Assembly (NCBI GenBank): GCA_038087875.1
Contig: CM075997.1
Span: 1,242,001 to 1,306,000, forward strand
Direction of reading: 5' to 3'
DNA from: Malacoraja senta
Taxonomy: Eukaryota
DNA: 64,000 nucleotides
The stretch's first letter is position 1. The number at the start of each line of letters is the position of its first letter. The notes under the pieces were generated by a model. The model did no database searches. It was not told the DNA's origin and saw only the letters and a list, made by a program, of their open reading frames with translations. Positions 50,930 through 64,000 of the stretch are shown in pieces. A program made the translations under genes and the position numbers.

Positions 50930-51220
50930 GGTGGCACAGTGGTGCAGCGGTAGAGCTGCTGCCTCACAGTGCTGGAGACCCGGGGTTCAATCCTGACAAG
51001 GGCGCCAGTCTGTACGGAGTTTGCACGTTCTCCCCGTAACCTGCGTGGGTTTTCTCCGAGATCTTCGGTTTCCTCCCACACTCCAAAGACGTGTGGGTTC
51101 GTAGGTAAATTGGCTCGGTAAATGTAAAATTGTCCCGAGGATGTGCAGGGTAGTGCAAGTGTGTGGGGATAGCTGGTCGGTGCGGACTCGGTGGGCCGAA
51201 GGGGCCTGTATCTAAACTAG
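50930..51220 (+). mobile_element. V-SINE (HE1-like); further copies near 11644, 32385, 40833, 41375, 45830, 48200, 52408, 53790, 56420, 57878
   Basis: ggtggcacagtggtgcagcggtagagc...ggttcaatcc, V-core, gggccgaagggcctgt end. Confidence 0.85.
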
Positions 51221-51806
51221 ACTCCCCCTGTTCCACCCAGCACTAGTCCTGAACTTCCTCAGCGTGTAATTGCGCAGTGCAACGAGCTACAAGTTAAACA
51301 AGTCATCTCTGAAGCCTTTGCAGACCCGTGTAAGAAATCACTCTGGAAGTAGGAACATTGTGTGAAGATCAATATCCCAACAAGCTGGTTGCACAGATTT
51401 GTCCTAGAGGTTTGAGCCATGTAACAGCATGCGGCTGGCTTCATCAGAATGGATGAATGAAGTTACTACTGAACACCTTTGCCTGGGTTTGTTTAACGAT
51501 ATTTATATTGTTGTTTTTTTTTGTAACACTACAGTATTTTTTTTTGAGAATGCTGCAACTTATTTTCTTGAGTAGCTACTTTACAAGAAGATTTACTGTT
51601 TTACTGTTTTAAAAAAAAAAGTGTTTTTCACTGTGCCATGAGGGTGAATTTAATGAGGTTTTTAAATTTTCTAATTACAGATTTGAAAACCATTTGATAC
51701 GCAGTTGACTGGCTTTATATTCCTTGTGTGTGTGTGTGTGTGTTTCAGAGTCGAGTGTTTGTCATGTATATAAGGGTGGAACAATTAGATTCTTACCACA
51801 CTGTAA

Positions 51807-52142
51807 AAGCCCTGCCCCACGGTATGAGTTCATTCCAAGAGCTCTCCCGAGTTTGCCCTGATTCGAACTCGGAGATTTACGGTAATGGCCGCTCGTCGGT
51901 ACTCGGGGCTCTCGTGGACATTTTTCAACATGTTGAAAAATCTTCACCAGTCTTCCCGAGCTTACCTGCCGTTAGCGAGTCTTCCTGATAGGGTTACCTG
52001 CCGTTAGGGTTACGAGCCGCTAAGAGACGTCCCCGAGCTCCGACGTACCCGCTACGTTCATTCTCCGTGCTTACCCCGAGTTTGATTTTTTGTAAACTCG
52101 GGAGAGCTCGTGGAATGAACTCGTACCGTGGGACAGGGCCTT
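51807..52142. mobile_element. MITE, related family
   Basis: gccctgccccacggtatgagttcattcc...ggaatgaactcgtaccgtgggacagggc; interior shares gtactcggggct/gtggacatttttcaacatg with the other MITEs. Confidence 0.78.
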
Positions 52143-55100
52143 TGGAGGGTCTGAAGAAGGGGCTCGATCCGAAACGTTACCTATCCACATTCTCCAGAGA
52201 TGCTGCCTGACCGGCTGAGTTACTCCAGCACTTTGTATCCTTTGGTGCAACTTGCCCATGCCATGCCAAGAGTCCCCATCTATGCCAGTGCCACCTGCCT
52301 GCATTTGGCCCATATCCCTTTCCTTTCTGTGTTCCTGTCCAACTGTCTTTTGAAAGGTGTTATAAACCAACTTCACGACGAATAGATGTACGATAAATTG
52401 TGGGTTTAAGTTAGAGATACAGCTCGGAAACAGGCCCTTCGGCCCATCGACTCCACACCGACCAGCGATCCCTGCACATTAACACTATTCTACACCAGGG
52501 GCATATTTTGCATTGATACCAAGCCAATTAACCTACAAACCTGTACGTCTTTGGAGTGCGGGAGGAAACCGAAAATCTGGGAGAAATGTCCTCGCAGGTC
52601 ACGGGGAGAACGTACAAACTCCGTACAGACAGCATCGGTAGTCAGGATCGAACCCGGGTCTCCAGTGCTGTGAGGCAGCAACTCTACTGCCATGGTGGAG
52701 TTGACTTTTTTTGTTTTAGACATACAGCGTGGAAACAGGCCCTTCGGCCCGCCGGGTCCGTGCCGACCAGCAATCCCCGCACACTAACACTATCCTATAC
52801 CCACTAGGGACAAATTTTACATTTACCGAGCCAATTAACCTACAAACCTGGACGACTTGATGGGCCGAATGGCCTAATTCTGCTGTTGGAATTTATGAAC
52901 TTGAACTTATGAGCCGGGAAGCTGAAGAAATTTGAGATTATGTTGCCGGGACTCAAGGGACTAAGCTACAGGAAGATGTTGGGCAGCCTAGGACTAGATT
53001 CCTTGGAGCGCAAGAGGCTGAGGGGTGATCTTATAGAGGTGTCTAAAATCATGAGTATTCTTGATTAGTACGGGTGTCAGAGGTTATGGGAGAAGGCAGG
53101 AGAACGCGGTTAGGAGGGAGAGATAGATCAGCCACGATTGAATGGCGGAGTAGACTTGATGGGCCGAGTGGCCTAATTCTGTTCCTATCACTTGTGAAGA
53201 TCTTATGATGAGGGGAATAGCTAAGGTAAATGCACAGTCAGGGGGCATGGGTTTACGGTGAGGGGGGATGAAGATTTAATAGGAACTTGTAGGGACAACT
53301 TTTTCCACAGAGGATGGTGGGTTTTTGGAAGCGCTGCCAGACGAGGTAACTTTAGAGGGATATGGGCCAAATGTGGGCAAATGGGACTAGTTTCTCAGCT
53401 TGGTTGACAGGAACAGTTGGACCAAGGGGCCCATTTCTATGATGTATGACTCTATGAAACAGCCATTTGGCTCATCGTCATAGTCAAGACCATGGCTAAT
53501 CTTCATCATGAAGAAAGTTGGACTACCCCATATCCAAAGATCCCATTAATATAATCTGCGTTCCAAAGAAACCTCGGTAACGAACATCACGTTAGAAAAT
53601 GACTGTGGGAATGGAAAAAGGGAGCAGAAATGTTCAGACTCACAATAACAAGACTATGTTGCCAGTAGGTATTTCAAAAATAAAGATGTTCATAACTATA
53701 GGTTTATTTTTGATCCTGGAAGCTAAAAATACCAAAGGTTGTGTATTGGAAACACAAAAGACCAGAGATGCTGGAATCTTGAATTTAATTTTGAGATACA
53801 ATGTGGCCCACTGACTCTGCACCGACCAGCGATCCCCGCACACTGCCAGGCGTCCTACACACTTGGGGCAATCTTTACAGGAGCCAATTAACCTACAAAT
53901 CTGCGTGTCTCTGGGATGCAGGAGTTAAACCGGAGCACCAGGAGAAAACCCACGCGGTCACAGGGAGGACGTGCAAACTCCACACTCAGACAGAACCCGT
54001 AGACAGGATCGAACCCGGGTCTCTGGCGCTGTGAGGCAGCAGCTCTACCGCTGCGCCACCGTGCTGCCCATTAAAACACAGCATGGTGCACTGACTGAGC
54101 AATGTAGTGGGTGAGGTTGTTGCCATTGAAGATGTGGTAGGTGTGGTGGTTTAAATCCCACAAAATTCTCCAATTTATAAAAAAACTTCCATTAGATTAG
54201 AAAATTAAAAGTGTAACTATAATAGACAATAGGTGCAGGAGTAGGCCATTCGGCCCCTCGAGCCAGCAATGCCATTCAATGTGATCACGGCTGATCATCC
54301 CCATTCCCGCCCACTCCCCATATCCTTTGACTCAGCTATCCTTAAGAGCTCTGTCTAGCTCTCTTTTGATAGCATCCAGAGAACCAGGTTCCACCGCCCT
54401 CCGAGGCAGAGAATTCCACAGGCTCACATCTCTCTGTGTGAAAAAGTGTTTCCTCGTCCCTGTTCTAAATGGCTTACTCCTTATTGTTAAACTGTGGCCC
54501 CTGGTTTTGGACTCCCCCAACATCGGGAACACATTTCCTGCCTCTAGCGTGTCCAAACACTTAATAATCTTATATGTTTCAATAAGATCCCCTATCATCC
54601 TAAATTTCAGAGTATACAAGCCCAACCGCTCCATTCTATCAACATATGAACCTTGTGAACCTACGCTGCACTTCCTCAATAGCAAGAATATCCTTCCTCA
54701 AATTTGGAGACCAAAACTGCACACAATACTCCAGGTGTGGACTCACCAGGGCCCTGTACAACTGCAGAAGGACCTCTTCGCCCCTATACTCAACTCCTCT
54801 TGCTATAAAGGCCAACATGCCATTCGCTTTCTTCACTGCCTGCTGTACCTGCATGCTTCCTTTCTTTGATCAGACTATCTTTGATCAGACTTTGCTGGCT
54901 TTACCTTGCACTAAATGTTATTCCTTCATCATGTATCTGTACACTGTAAATGGCTCGATTGCAATCATGTGTTGTCTTTCCACTGACTGGTTAGCACGCA
55001 ACAAAGACTTTTCACAGAACCTCGGTACACGTGACAATAAACCAATCTAACTCACTGAGAAGCATCATCTGTCCATTTCCCTCACAGATGCTGCCTGACC

Positions 55101-55987
55101 CGCTGAGTTCCTCCAGCACTTTGATTTCAGCCTATTAATAGGAGCAGGCAGTGGTCGACTGTGTTGGGGATTAGATCACCTTAAATAACGTGGGGTGTTA
55201 AGGCAGGGCTATTGACGCATGGTTTAACAGGCTATTTATATTCAGTCTACAGTGAAGACTTATTAGGAGAGACTACACTGCCCCTTGTAAAGGTTACAAC
55301 ATGTGGCAAGACACATTTGTTTGAAGCTGTGTCTCTGGTTTTAAATAAGCCCTCTGGCTGCTGTCTGAACATAACCCACTTACATAATGTCGGTGATAAA
55401 AATAATAACTGAATAGGCAGCAATCACAGGCAAGTTATTCTCCGCCTGTGTTGCTTCCAAGGGCTTTGGTAGTCAAGTCAAGTCAAGTCACTTTTATTTC
55501 TATACCACATTTAAAAAACAACTCTCGTTGACCAAAGTGCTTTATATTGGTGGAGATACTAACGTTATACAATATTAACATAGAGGGCAGTAATTAAGCA
55601 GAGGAACTGGTAGGAGAACTAGAGTGGGGGAGGGGGCGGGGGATGAGTGGGAATTCAGGGGTTACTTGAAATTAGAGAAATTAATGTTTCACCTATCCAT
55701 GTTCTCCAGAGATGCTGCTTGACATGCTGAGTTACTCCAGCACATTGGCAGAGTTGCTGCCTTACAGTGCTGGGGACGATGCTCAAGGAAATGTAGGATG
55801 TTTAAGAAGGAACTGCAGATGCTGGAAAAATCGAAGGTAGACAAAAGTGCTGGCGAAACTCAGCGGGTGAGGCAGCATCTATGGAGCGAAGGAGTAAATT
55901 GCTTTCTCCCTAGTCCCCCTCCCCTTCCCAGCTCTCCCACAAGCCTAGTATCTCCGCCTGCCTTTCTCCCCCCCCCCCCCCGACATC

Positions 55988-56022
55988 AGTCTGAAGAAGG
56001 GTCTCGACCCGAAACGTCGCCT
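55988..56022 (+). ncRNA. Minimal type-I hammerhead ribozyme motif in a Penelope terminal repeat (representative copy)
   Basis: CTGAAGA a GGGTC tc GACCC GAAA C GTC: conserved core boxes, helix II, palindromic ACGT helix III and GUC cleavage triplet. Confidence 0.72.
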
Positions 56023-59000
56023 ATTCCTTCTCTCCATAGATGCTGCCTCACCCGCTGAGTTTCTCCAGCATTTTTGTAATATGTCAATGAGTAATATTTA
56101 ACAAGGCAATGAATCTAGTCGGAGAACTAGGATGGGGGAGGGACGGAGAGAGATGGGAAATCAATATTCATACTGCATCTGCATAAACCCGCATCTGCTG
56201 GTTTCGTTTTAGTGATACAGCGCGGAAACAGGCCCTTCGGCCCACCGAGACCGCACCGACCAGCGATCCCCGCACATCAACACCATCCTGCACACACTGG
56301 GAACAATTTGTACAGAATGCAGAATATAAGGTGACAGCTGCTGAGAACGAGCAGGTAAACACAGTGCAAGGGTTGGAACAAGATAGATTGTGAGATCGTG
56401 GATTCATCGTTAGCATGTGGGTGGCGCAGTGGCTGGAACTGTTGCCTCACAGCGCCAGAGACCCAGGTTCGATCCTGACCTCGGGTGCTGTCGACGTGGA
56501 GTTTACACGTTCTCCCTGTGGCCACATTTGTTTCCTCCGGGTGCTCCGGTTTCCCCGTCCACCCCAAAGACGTGAGGGTTAATTGACCCTAGTTTAGTTT
56601 AATTGATGTATAGGTTTGGTGGTAGAATCCAGGGGGAGTTTGTAGGTAAATTGGCCCCTGGCGTCAATGAGTCAATGAGATAGCAGGGTAACATCGAACT
56701 AGTGTGAACGGGTGATCGATGGGCCGAAGAGCCTGTTTCCATGCCATATTTTTCAATCATTCATCCCCAATCAATCAATTTTGCAGTCTAATAGGTAAAT
56801 ATTTTGTTGTGGTGCATTGTTCTGACCCTCTATGTTGTAAGCAAGTGAGAATCATATATTGAAGGTGAGCTTTTTATAACGTGGCTGAGATTTTATTGGT
56901 GACTTTTGTTGTTTTTAACACCACGGAAGCACATTTCTCACCCTGTTGCTGTGTGCTGCCTCCTTCACAAGTCATGTTGTCTGTTGGTGTGTTCTGTCCA
57001 TTTTTAGATGAGGTGTTCTGCTCCTACAGTTACATTTGTTCTGCTGAGTTCTCTGGGCATTTTGAACACAAAGGACTGAAAATTCTTAGCAGGAAAGAAC
57101 TGCAGATGCTGGTTTACACCGAAGACTTAGAATAAAGGGGAGGTCATTTAAGACTGAGGTGAGAAAAAACTTTTTTCACCCAGAGATTTGTGAATTTATG
57201 GAATTCCCTGCCACAGAGGGCAGTGGAGGCCAAATCACTGGATGGATTTAAGAGAGAGCTAGACAGAGCTCTAGGGGCTAGTGGAGTCAAGGGATATGGG
57301 GAGAAGGCAGGCACGGGTTATTGATTGGGGATGATCAGCCATGATCCCAATTAATGGCGGTGCCGGCTTGAAGGGCCGAATGGCCTCCTCCTGCACCTAT
57401 TTTCTATGTTTCTATCTTTCTATGTTAAGACAAGACGCAAAATGCTGGAGTAACTCAGCGGGCCAGGCGGTATCTCTGGAGGAAAGGAATAGGTGACGTT
57501 TCGGGTCCAGGGCCTTCTTCAGGCTGAGGGTCAGGCGACAGGGGCACTAGAGGTATGAAAATGTACAAAGAACAAAATGAATGACAGGTAACAAATCAAA
57601 GCAGACACCGATGTTCAATGAAAGGTGGAGCCCACAATGGTCCATTGTTGGCTGTGAAAAAGGTGATAACGAGGGAATACAAAACATGAAACTAAGCAGG
57701 ACGACTGTGAAACTAGTGGGGTGACTAGGGTGGGGGAGTGATGGAGAGAGAGGGAATACAAGGGCGACTTGAAATTAGGAACAGCACCTCATATTTTGAT
57801 TTCACTAATTTCAAGTAACCCTTGAATCCCTTCTCTCTCCGTACATCCCCCCACCCTAGTCATCATCACTGGACTCCCTGGTTCGATCCTGACTAAGGGC
57901 GCTGTCCATACGGAGTTTGTACATTCTCCCCGTGACCGTGTGGGTTTTCCCAGGAACCTCCGGTTTCCTCCCACACTCCAAGGACGTACAGGTCAGTAGG
58001 TTAATTGGCTTTGGTAAAATTTTAAATTGCACCTAGTGTGTGTAGGATAGTGCTAGTGTGCGGGGATCGCTGGTCGGCGCGGACGCATTTGGTCCATTGC
58101 CCACCAAACCTTTACGGCCCATTTACTAGCCCAAGTGTCTTGTAAATGGTGCTCATCTTAGATACCACTCTCTGTTCCCACACCAGAACAGTGGCCCTGC
58201 AACTCTCAGCGCTGCCACCAGGTGGCACATGGGGCTATGTCAGGACTTGTCACGTTTGCAACCACCTGACCAACCTCTGCACAAGTCAAAGAGTCATATA
58301 GGATATTCCGCTTGGGTAGTCTGCATCCTCTTGGCATGAACATTGAATTCTCGCAATTCAGTTAACCCTTGCTGTCTCCTCCCCTTCCTACCTCTCCCTC
58401 AGCTCCCGGGTTCCTCCTCCTCCTCCTTTTTCCTTTCTTCTCCCCCCACCCCCCATCAGCCTGAAGAACGGTTTCGGCCCGAAAACGTTGCCTATCTCCT
58501 TCGCTCCATAGATGCTGCTGCACCCGCTGAGTTTCTCCAGCATTTTTGTGTACCTTCGATTTTCCAGCATTTGCAGTTCCTTCTTAAACAACATAGAGTC
58601 ATATAGTGTGGAAACAGGCCCTTCGGCCCAATTTGTCGATGCCAACCAACACGTCCCATCTGCACTGGTCCCATTTGCCTGCATTTGGCCCATATCCCTC
58701 TAAACCTGTCCTATCCATGTACCTGCCTAATTTCTTCTTGAAGGTTGCAATAGTCCCTGCCTCAACTACCTCCTCTGGCATGTTGTTCCATGCACCCACC
58801 ACCCTTTATGTGAAAAAGTTACCCCTCAGAACCCTATAAAATCTTTCCCTCTTCACTTGAAACCCTCTGGTCCTTGATTGCCCTACTCTGGGCAAGAGAC
58901 TCTGTGCATCTACCCGATCTATTCCTCTCATGAGTTTATACCCCTCGGCAAACCTTGGATTCAAGAAACACTCAAAAGTCCAATCACTTCATGTTTTTTG

Positions 59001-61597
59001 CCTTCAAGGCTTTTCAGACGGATTTTCAGATATTCAACTGTCAAAGTCAAAGTCAATTTTATTCGTGACATGCTGCTAACTGCTGACTATAATGAAAGGC
59101 TTGGATGGAGTGGATGTGGAGAGGATGTTTCCAGCAGAGTCGACAGCGTGGAAACAGGCCCTTCAGCCCAACTTGCCCATGCCGACTGATATGCCCCATC
59201 TATACTAATCCCATCTGCCTGTGTTTGGCCCATACCACTAAACCTGTCCTATCCATGTACCTGTCCAAATGGTGTGATGGTACCGGCTTTAGTGCAAGAG
59301 TCTAGGATCATAAATATTCATGCGTGTCCAATGTTTCAAATAGGATTGGAAACTGTAGCCAGCACAATTGGACAGTGAGTATATATTGCGTACTTGTCAT
59401 GATATCGATGGAGGCAGTTCAGCCCATTGAGTCCATGCTGGCCATCAGAGCAATCCCTCACTCATGTTCCCCCACTGATTTCCCAGTAACCCACTATCTC
59501 TCAACCCTTACGACAACCCAGTGGCACTGTCGGTTCGCTGGTCGATCCTCACGCACGTCCAAGGAAGGTGACGGCTGGAGGCCCTGCAGCAGCCTGGGAC
59601 TCGCCTGGATCGAGCACCGCTCATAATAACTAGAGCACGGACTGGACTTTGAAAATGGCACCAAAACATGGCGCCTCTTGCACGTGGGATCAGTAGACAA
59701 TGTCTGTACATTTGTTAATTGGGGATGTGCTGAGGAATGGCAGGACTCTACTGGACTGTTTGTAAGCAAAGAAATTCACTGTGTGTTTGCACTTTGCACG
59801 TGTGCCATTTACAGCCATTGGTGTTAATTCGACTCCTGCATCTCTTTCTAAAGTTGATCATTTCCATATCACAGTTCCTCTTCTCCCCTTACACCCCTCA
59901 ATGTGATTCTTTAATTGTTCCATGAAACATCTTGTCCTTTTCATAATAATATTGTGGTTATTAATTTTTTGAATCTTTTGATAATTATGTATTATCGATG
60001 TACGTTGTGTTTTCAGGTAGAAACGGAGAATTCTAGATGCTGATTAATACACAAAAGGATACAGAATGTGAGAGTAACTCAGCTGATCAGGCAGCAACTG
60101 TGGAGAGCATGGATAGGTGACGTTTCGGGCCAGTCTGAAGAAGGGCCTCAACCAGAAACATCACCAAACCATGTTCTTCTGCAAACGCTGCCTAACCTAT
60201 TGCGTTTACAGTCCTGTTAAGCTGCAGTAAGTAAGTATTTCATTGCCAGGTTGTCAGTACATATGGCAATCAAACACGCTCAGATCTATTGTTTCTTCCA
60301 GCAGTCCACCCTACCACATATCTTCTTTTCATCTGCCTCTTTAAACCTGTTATATTTCTAAAAAAGGATGAACCAGAATGGTGGAACCACCATGAGGGTC
60401 GGGGTGGGGGGAGAACAAAGGATGACCCGGCGCGAGATACTTTGTTACTTTGTCGGTGTCCTTTATGTAGCGACTGTTTGCATACCTTGGGAATGCAAAC
60501 CAAAGAATTTCAATGTGACTTGTCACATGTGCCAATAAAGTATTCATTCTTTAATCAATAAAGTAATTAATTAATTAATTAATTCCATTGTTTTCAGCTC
60601 ATTGACTCGGCTTCCCTCCCCACAGATGCTGCATTACCTACTCAATATACCCAGTATTTTTGTTGTTTATTTAAGCTCTTGTTATTATTAACGGTAGCAA
60701 ACGTACTCGTAAATTTTACACTCCCTGTTGAAGCAATAAAAAGTATCCATTTTGGCCAAATCTTCCATTAAATCTTTCCCAGATTGTCGACTTACTTTGT
60801 GTCGAAAGGAACTGCAGATGCTGGTTTACAACGAAGATAGACTCAAGGGCTGGAGTAACTCAGCGAGTCAGGCAGCATCCGTGGAGAAAAAGAATGGGTG
60901 ATGTTTCGGGTCAGGACCCTTCTTCGGACTTTTACTGCTTTCGATTTATTTTCCAATCAACCTTTTCGTGCATTTGTCCTAATTATGGAATGAATATGTA
61001 ACAAAGAAACAACGAGTAATCTTTTAACAAAGAGTAATCTTTTAACAAAAGACCAGTCTTATTGTCTCTGTTTGCTCTGTTGTTACCTTCTCCCAACTAA
61101 CAAATGATCTATTCTACATGTTGATCTCCATTCCCTTTGTCCTGTTTTCACACCTTATTCTTCCTTATCTATACACTTCCTTATCTATGTACCCACTCCC
61201 CTGACATCAGTCTGACAAAGGGCCTCGACCTGAAACATCATCCATTGCTTCTCTCCAGAGATGCTACCTGTCCCGTTGAGTTACTCCAGCATTTCGTGTC
61301 CATCTTCGGTTTAAACCGGCATCTGCAGTTCCTTCCTACACAAAGAGTAATCTTTAGTCTTAGAAGATTACTTTGAACTTACAAATGGATCCAAGTATTG
61401 AAGATGTTCACATGAAGTCTCTTTCCTGCTGCTTTGACAGATGCACAACATAATGTTCACAGGTACATCAATAGGACAGAAAGTGGAAACTGAATTAAAT
61501 ATTGGAATGTTATTATTTTTACAAAACTTGTCTGAGTTTCAAATGTTCACATTTTCACAATTTTAAACTGGAAAGGCTGTAGAGATTTATGAGGACA

Positions 61598-62053
61598 TTG
61601 CCAGGACTAGAGGGCCTTGGCTATAGGGAGAGGTTGAGCAGGCTGGGACTCTATTCCTTGGCGCACAGGAGGATGAGGGATGATCTTATAGAGGTGTATA
61701 AAATCATGAAAGGAATAGATCGGGTAGATGCATAGAGTCTCTTGCCCAGAGTAGGTGAATCGAGTACCAGACGACATAAGTTTAAGGTGAAGGGGAAGAG
61801 ATTTAATAGGAATCTGAGGGGTAACCTTTTCACACAAAATGTGGTGGGTGTATGGAACGAGCTGCCAGAGGAGGTAGTTGAGGCTGGGACCATCCCAATA
61901 TTTAAGAAACAGTTAGACAGGTACATGGATAGGACTGGTTAGGAGGGATATGGACCAAATGCGGGCAGGTGGGACTAGTGTATCTGGGACATATTGGTCG
62001 GTGTGGGGAAGTTAGGCTGAAGGGCCTGTTTACTCACTGTATGAATCTATGAC
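61598..62053 (+). mobile_element. HER1-like CR1 subfamily 3' fragment (similar at ~15000-15338, ~33712-34085, ~63330-63660, and - strand ~58591-58945)
   Basis: KRFNRNLRGNLFTQ..VGVWNELPEEVVEAGT; 3' end gaagggcctgttt...ctgtatga..ctatga. Confidence 0.85.
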
Positions 62054-64000
62054 CAGAAGATGGGTTATATCATTGAATATTCTACTGATTCACCTGAGAA
62101 TTAACTGTGCAGAATCAGTTATATATTGAAACGTTCTATACACAGGCAACTTGGAACAGAAAGTAGAAACTTCTCAATAGGGATGAGAGAACAATGGTTT
62201 GTTTGGTCACGGCAGTAGGTTCATTTTGAGCCACAGAGTCATGGAGTCATACAGCGTGGAAACAGGCCATTCGGCCCAACTTGCCCACACTGACCAACAT
62301 GCCCCCATCTATACTAGTGCCACCTGCCTGCACTTGGCCCATAATCCCTCTAAACATGTCCTATCCATGTGGCTGCCCAGATGAATCCTTGTAGATGACC
62401 TTTTGGTTTCTTTCTTTGGTTAAAATCTAGCTGAGGAAATCTCGGAGTTCACATTGACCAGTCGTGAAACTAGCGTGGAAGTACAAATGGGACACATGGA
62501 ACTGCAATGCTGGCTTACAAAAAAAAATGACACAAAGTGCTGGAGTAACTCAGCGGGACAGGCGAAATCTCTGGAGAATAGGGATATTGAGACCCTGCTT
62601 AAGACCAATTTTGGGGGGGGGGGGGGAATGCTGAAGAGAGATGGGAGCAGAACAAAACCTGACAAGTGATAGATGGATACAGGTGAGGGGAGCTTTTGAT
62701 AGGCAGATGGTTGGACAAAGTGCAGTGATGAAGAGACAAAAAGGGGGTATAGTGGAGATAAGAGTAAGATGTACATATTACCACAATATCTATAAAATAA
62801 ACTGTTTGCTCAATATCACATTATTGTATGTGGAACCTTGCTAGGTATAAATCAGCTGCCCTACCTCCTCCATTACGACAAGTGAAAAGCCCTTCAGGAA
62901 ATCAAGAGGCTGTGAAAGGAGCTATATAAATAAAGTCACATATTTCACCACATCCAGATACATCAGAACACAGGTCTGCATTACAGACACCAGTTTACAA
63001 TTTAGATGTTTAATATATTTTAAAAACAGCCAACAATATGCAATACCATTTAAAAATCTTTCCAAAGTGACAGCTCCATAAATATTGCAGCTGAATTATT
63101 TTTGCACAATTCTTATTGCAGATTTCACAGTTAGAAAAAAAAACCACTTGAATGTTCTGCATTGTCGCGTATTGGGTCCGCACATGTAGCGATGTTGTAA
63201 ATGTGGTGATCAATCATTGTGAAGCCTAATATGTTCCCTGTAGAACTGCCAGAGGAAGTTGGGAGTGTATTTCCGATATGGTAACACATAGAATTCAAAC
63301 CAATTCCTCCCCACTTTACTGTACGAAAAGGTGTACGATATCATGAGAGGAATGGATCGGGTAGGCGCACAGGAACTCTTACCCAGAGTTGAGGAATCGA
63401 GAACCAGAAGACATAGGTGTAAGGTGAGGGCGGAAAGATTTGATAGGAATCTGAGGGGTAACTTTTTCATGCAAAAGGTGGTAGGTGTATGCAACGAACT
63501 GCCAGAGGAGGTAGTTGAGGCTGGGACTACTGCAATGTTTAAGAAACATTTAGACATGGATAGGACAGGTTTAGAGGATATTGGCAAATGGGACATGTTG
63601 GTTAGTGTGGGCAAGTTAGGACGAAGGGCTTGTTTCCACGCTGTAAGACTCTATGACTCTACTCAATCTCATTGTTAAAGGGAAGTCGAGACCAGGTGCC
63701 CTTGAAGTGATGTCAGAGCATTGTGGAGTATAAATGGACCGGAGGATATAGACTTAATTGACTAAAAATTCCTATTTTTAAATCATACATTCTGTCCTTT
63801 CTCCCACTATATTTTACCTAATCTGATATCTATGATAAAGATTATGCACCTAAATTGGTGCAACAAAATTGCATCCCCCTGTAAATAATGCCGATGCACT
63901 TCCTCTACAGATTAACAAGTACAATTAGAAATTTTCACACGCGTACATAAGTAGTTCACGTAATAAATATGATATTGAAATTCAAAATGGAAAATGGCAG

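Overview
Eukaryotic, repeat-rich vertebrate DNA. The HE1-like V-SINEs, CR1/HER1 LINEs, Rex1 LINEs and Penelope fragments point to a cartilaginous fish, probably a skate or ray (inference). One host gene is supported: a group II p21-activated kinase, best matching PAK4, on the + strand. Four coding exons are visible (34176-34379, 44936-45061, 47584-47719, 48838-48993). The middle exons were not found and probably lie in the 200-N gap at 42483-42682, and one exon has a +1 G homopolymer frameshift. The rest is nested transposon debris: a near-complete CR1 ORF2, a large Rex1/Babar RT fragment, Penelope-like pieces, PIF/Harbinger-like MITEs, many V-SINEs and a 1.2-kb GT-derived minisatellite. The most striking signals are RNA structures. 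(1) A ~130-bp TSD-flanked retroposon with an (AAG)n tail is present twice (36987-37111 +, 49814-49949 -), and its first 54 nt fold as a complete minimal HDV-like ribozyme. (2) Many Penelope terminal repeats carry minimal hammerhead ribozyme cores, often in palindromic arrangements. Repeat lists are representative, not exhaustive, and repeat boundaries are approximate.
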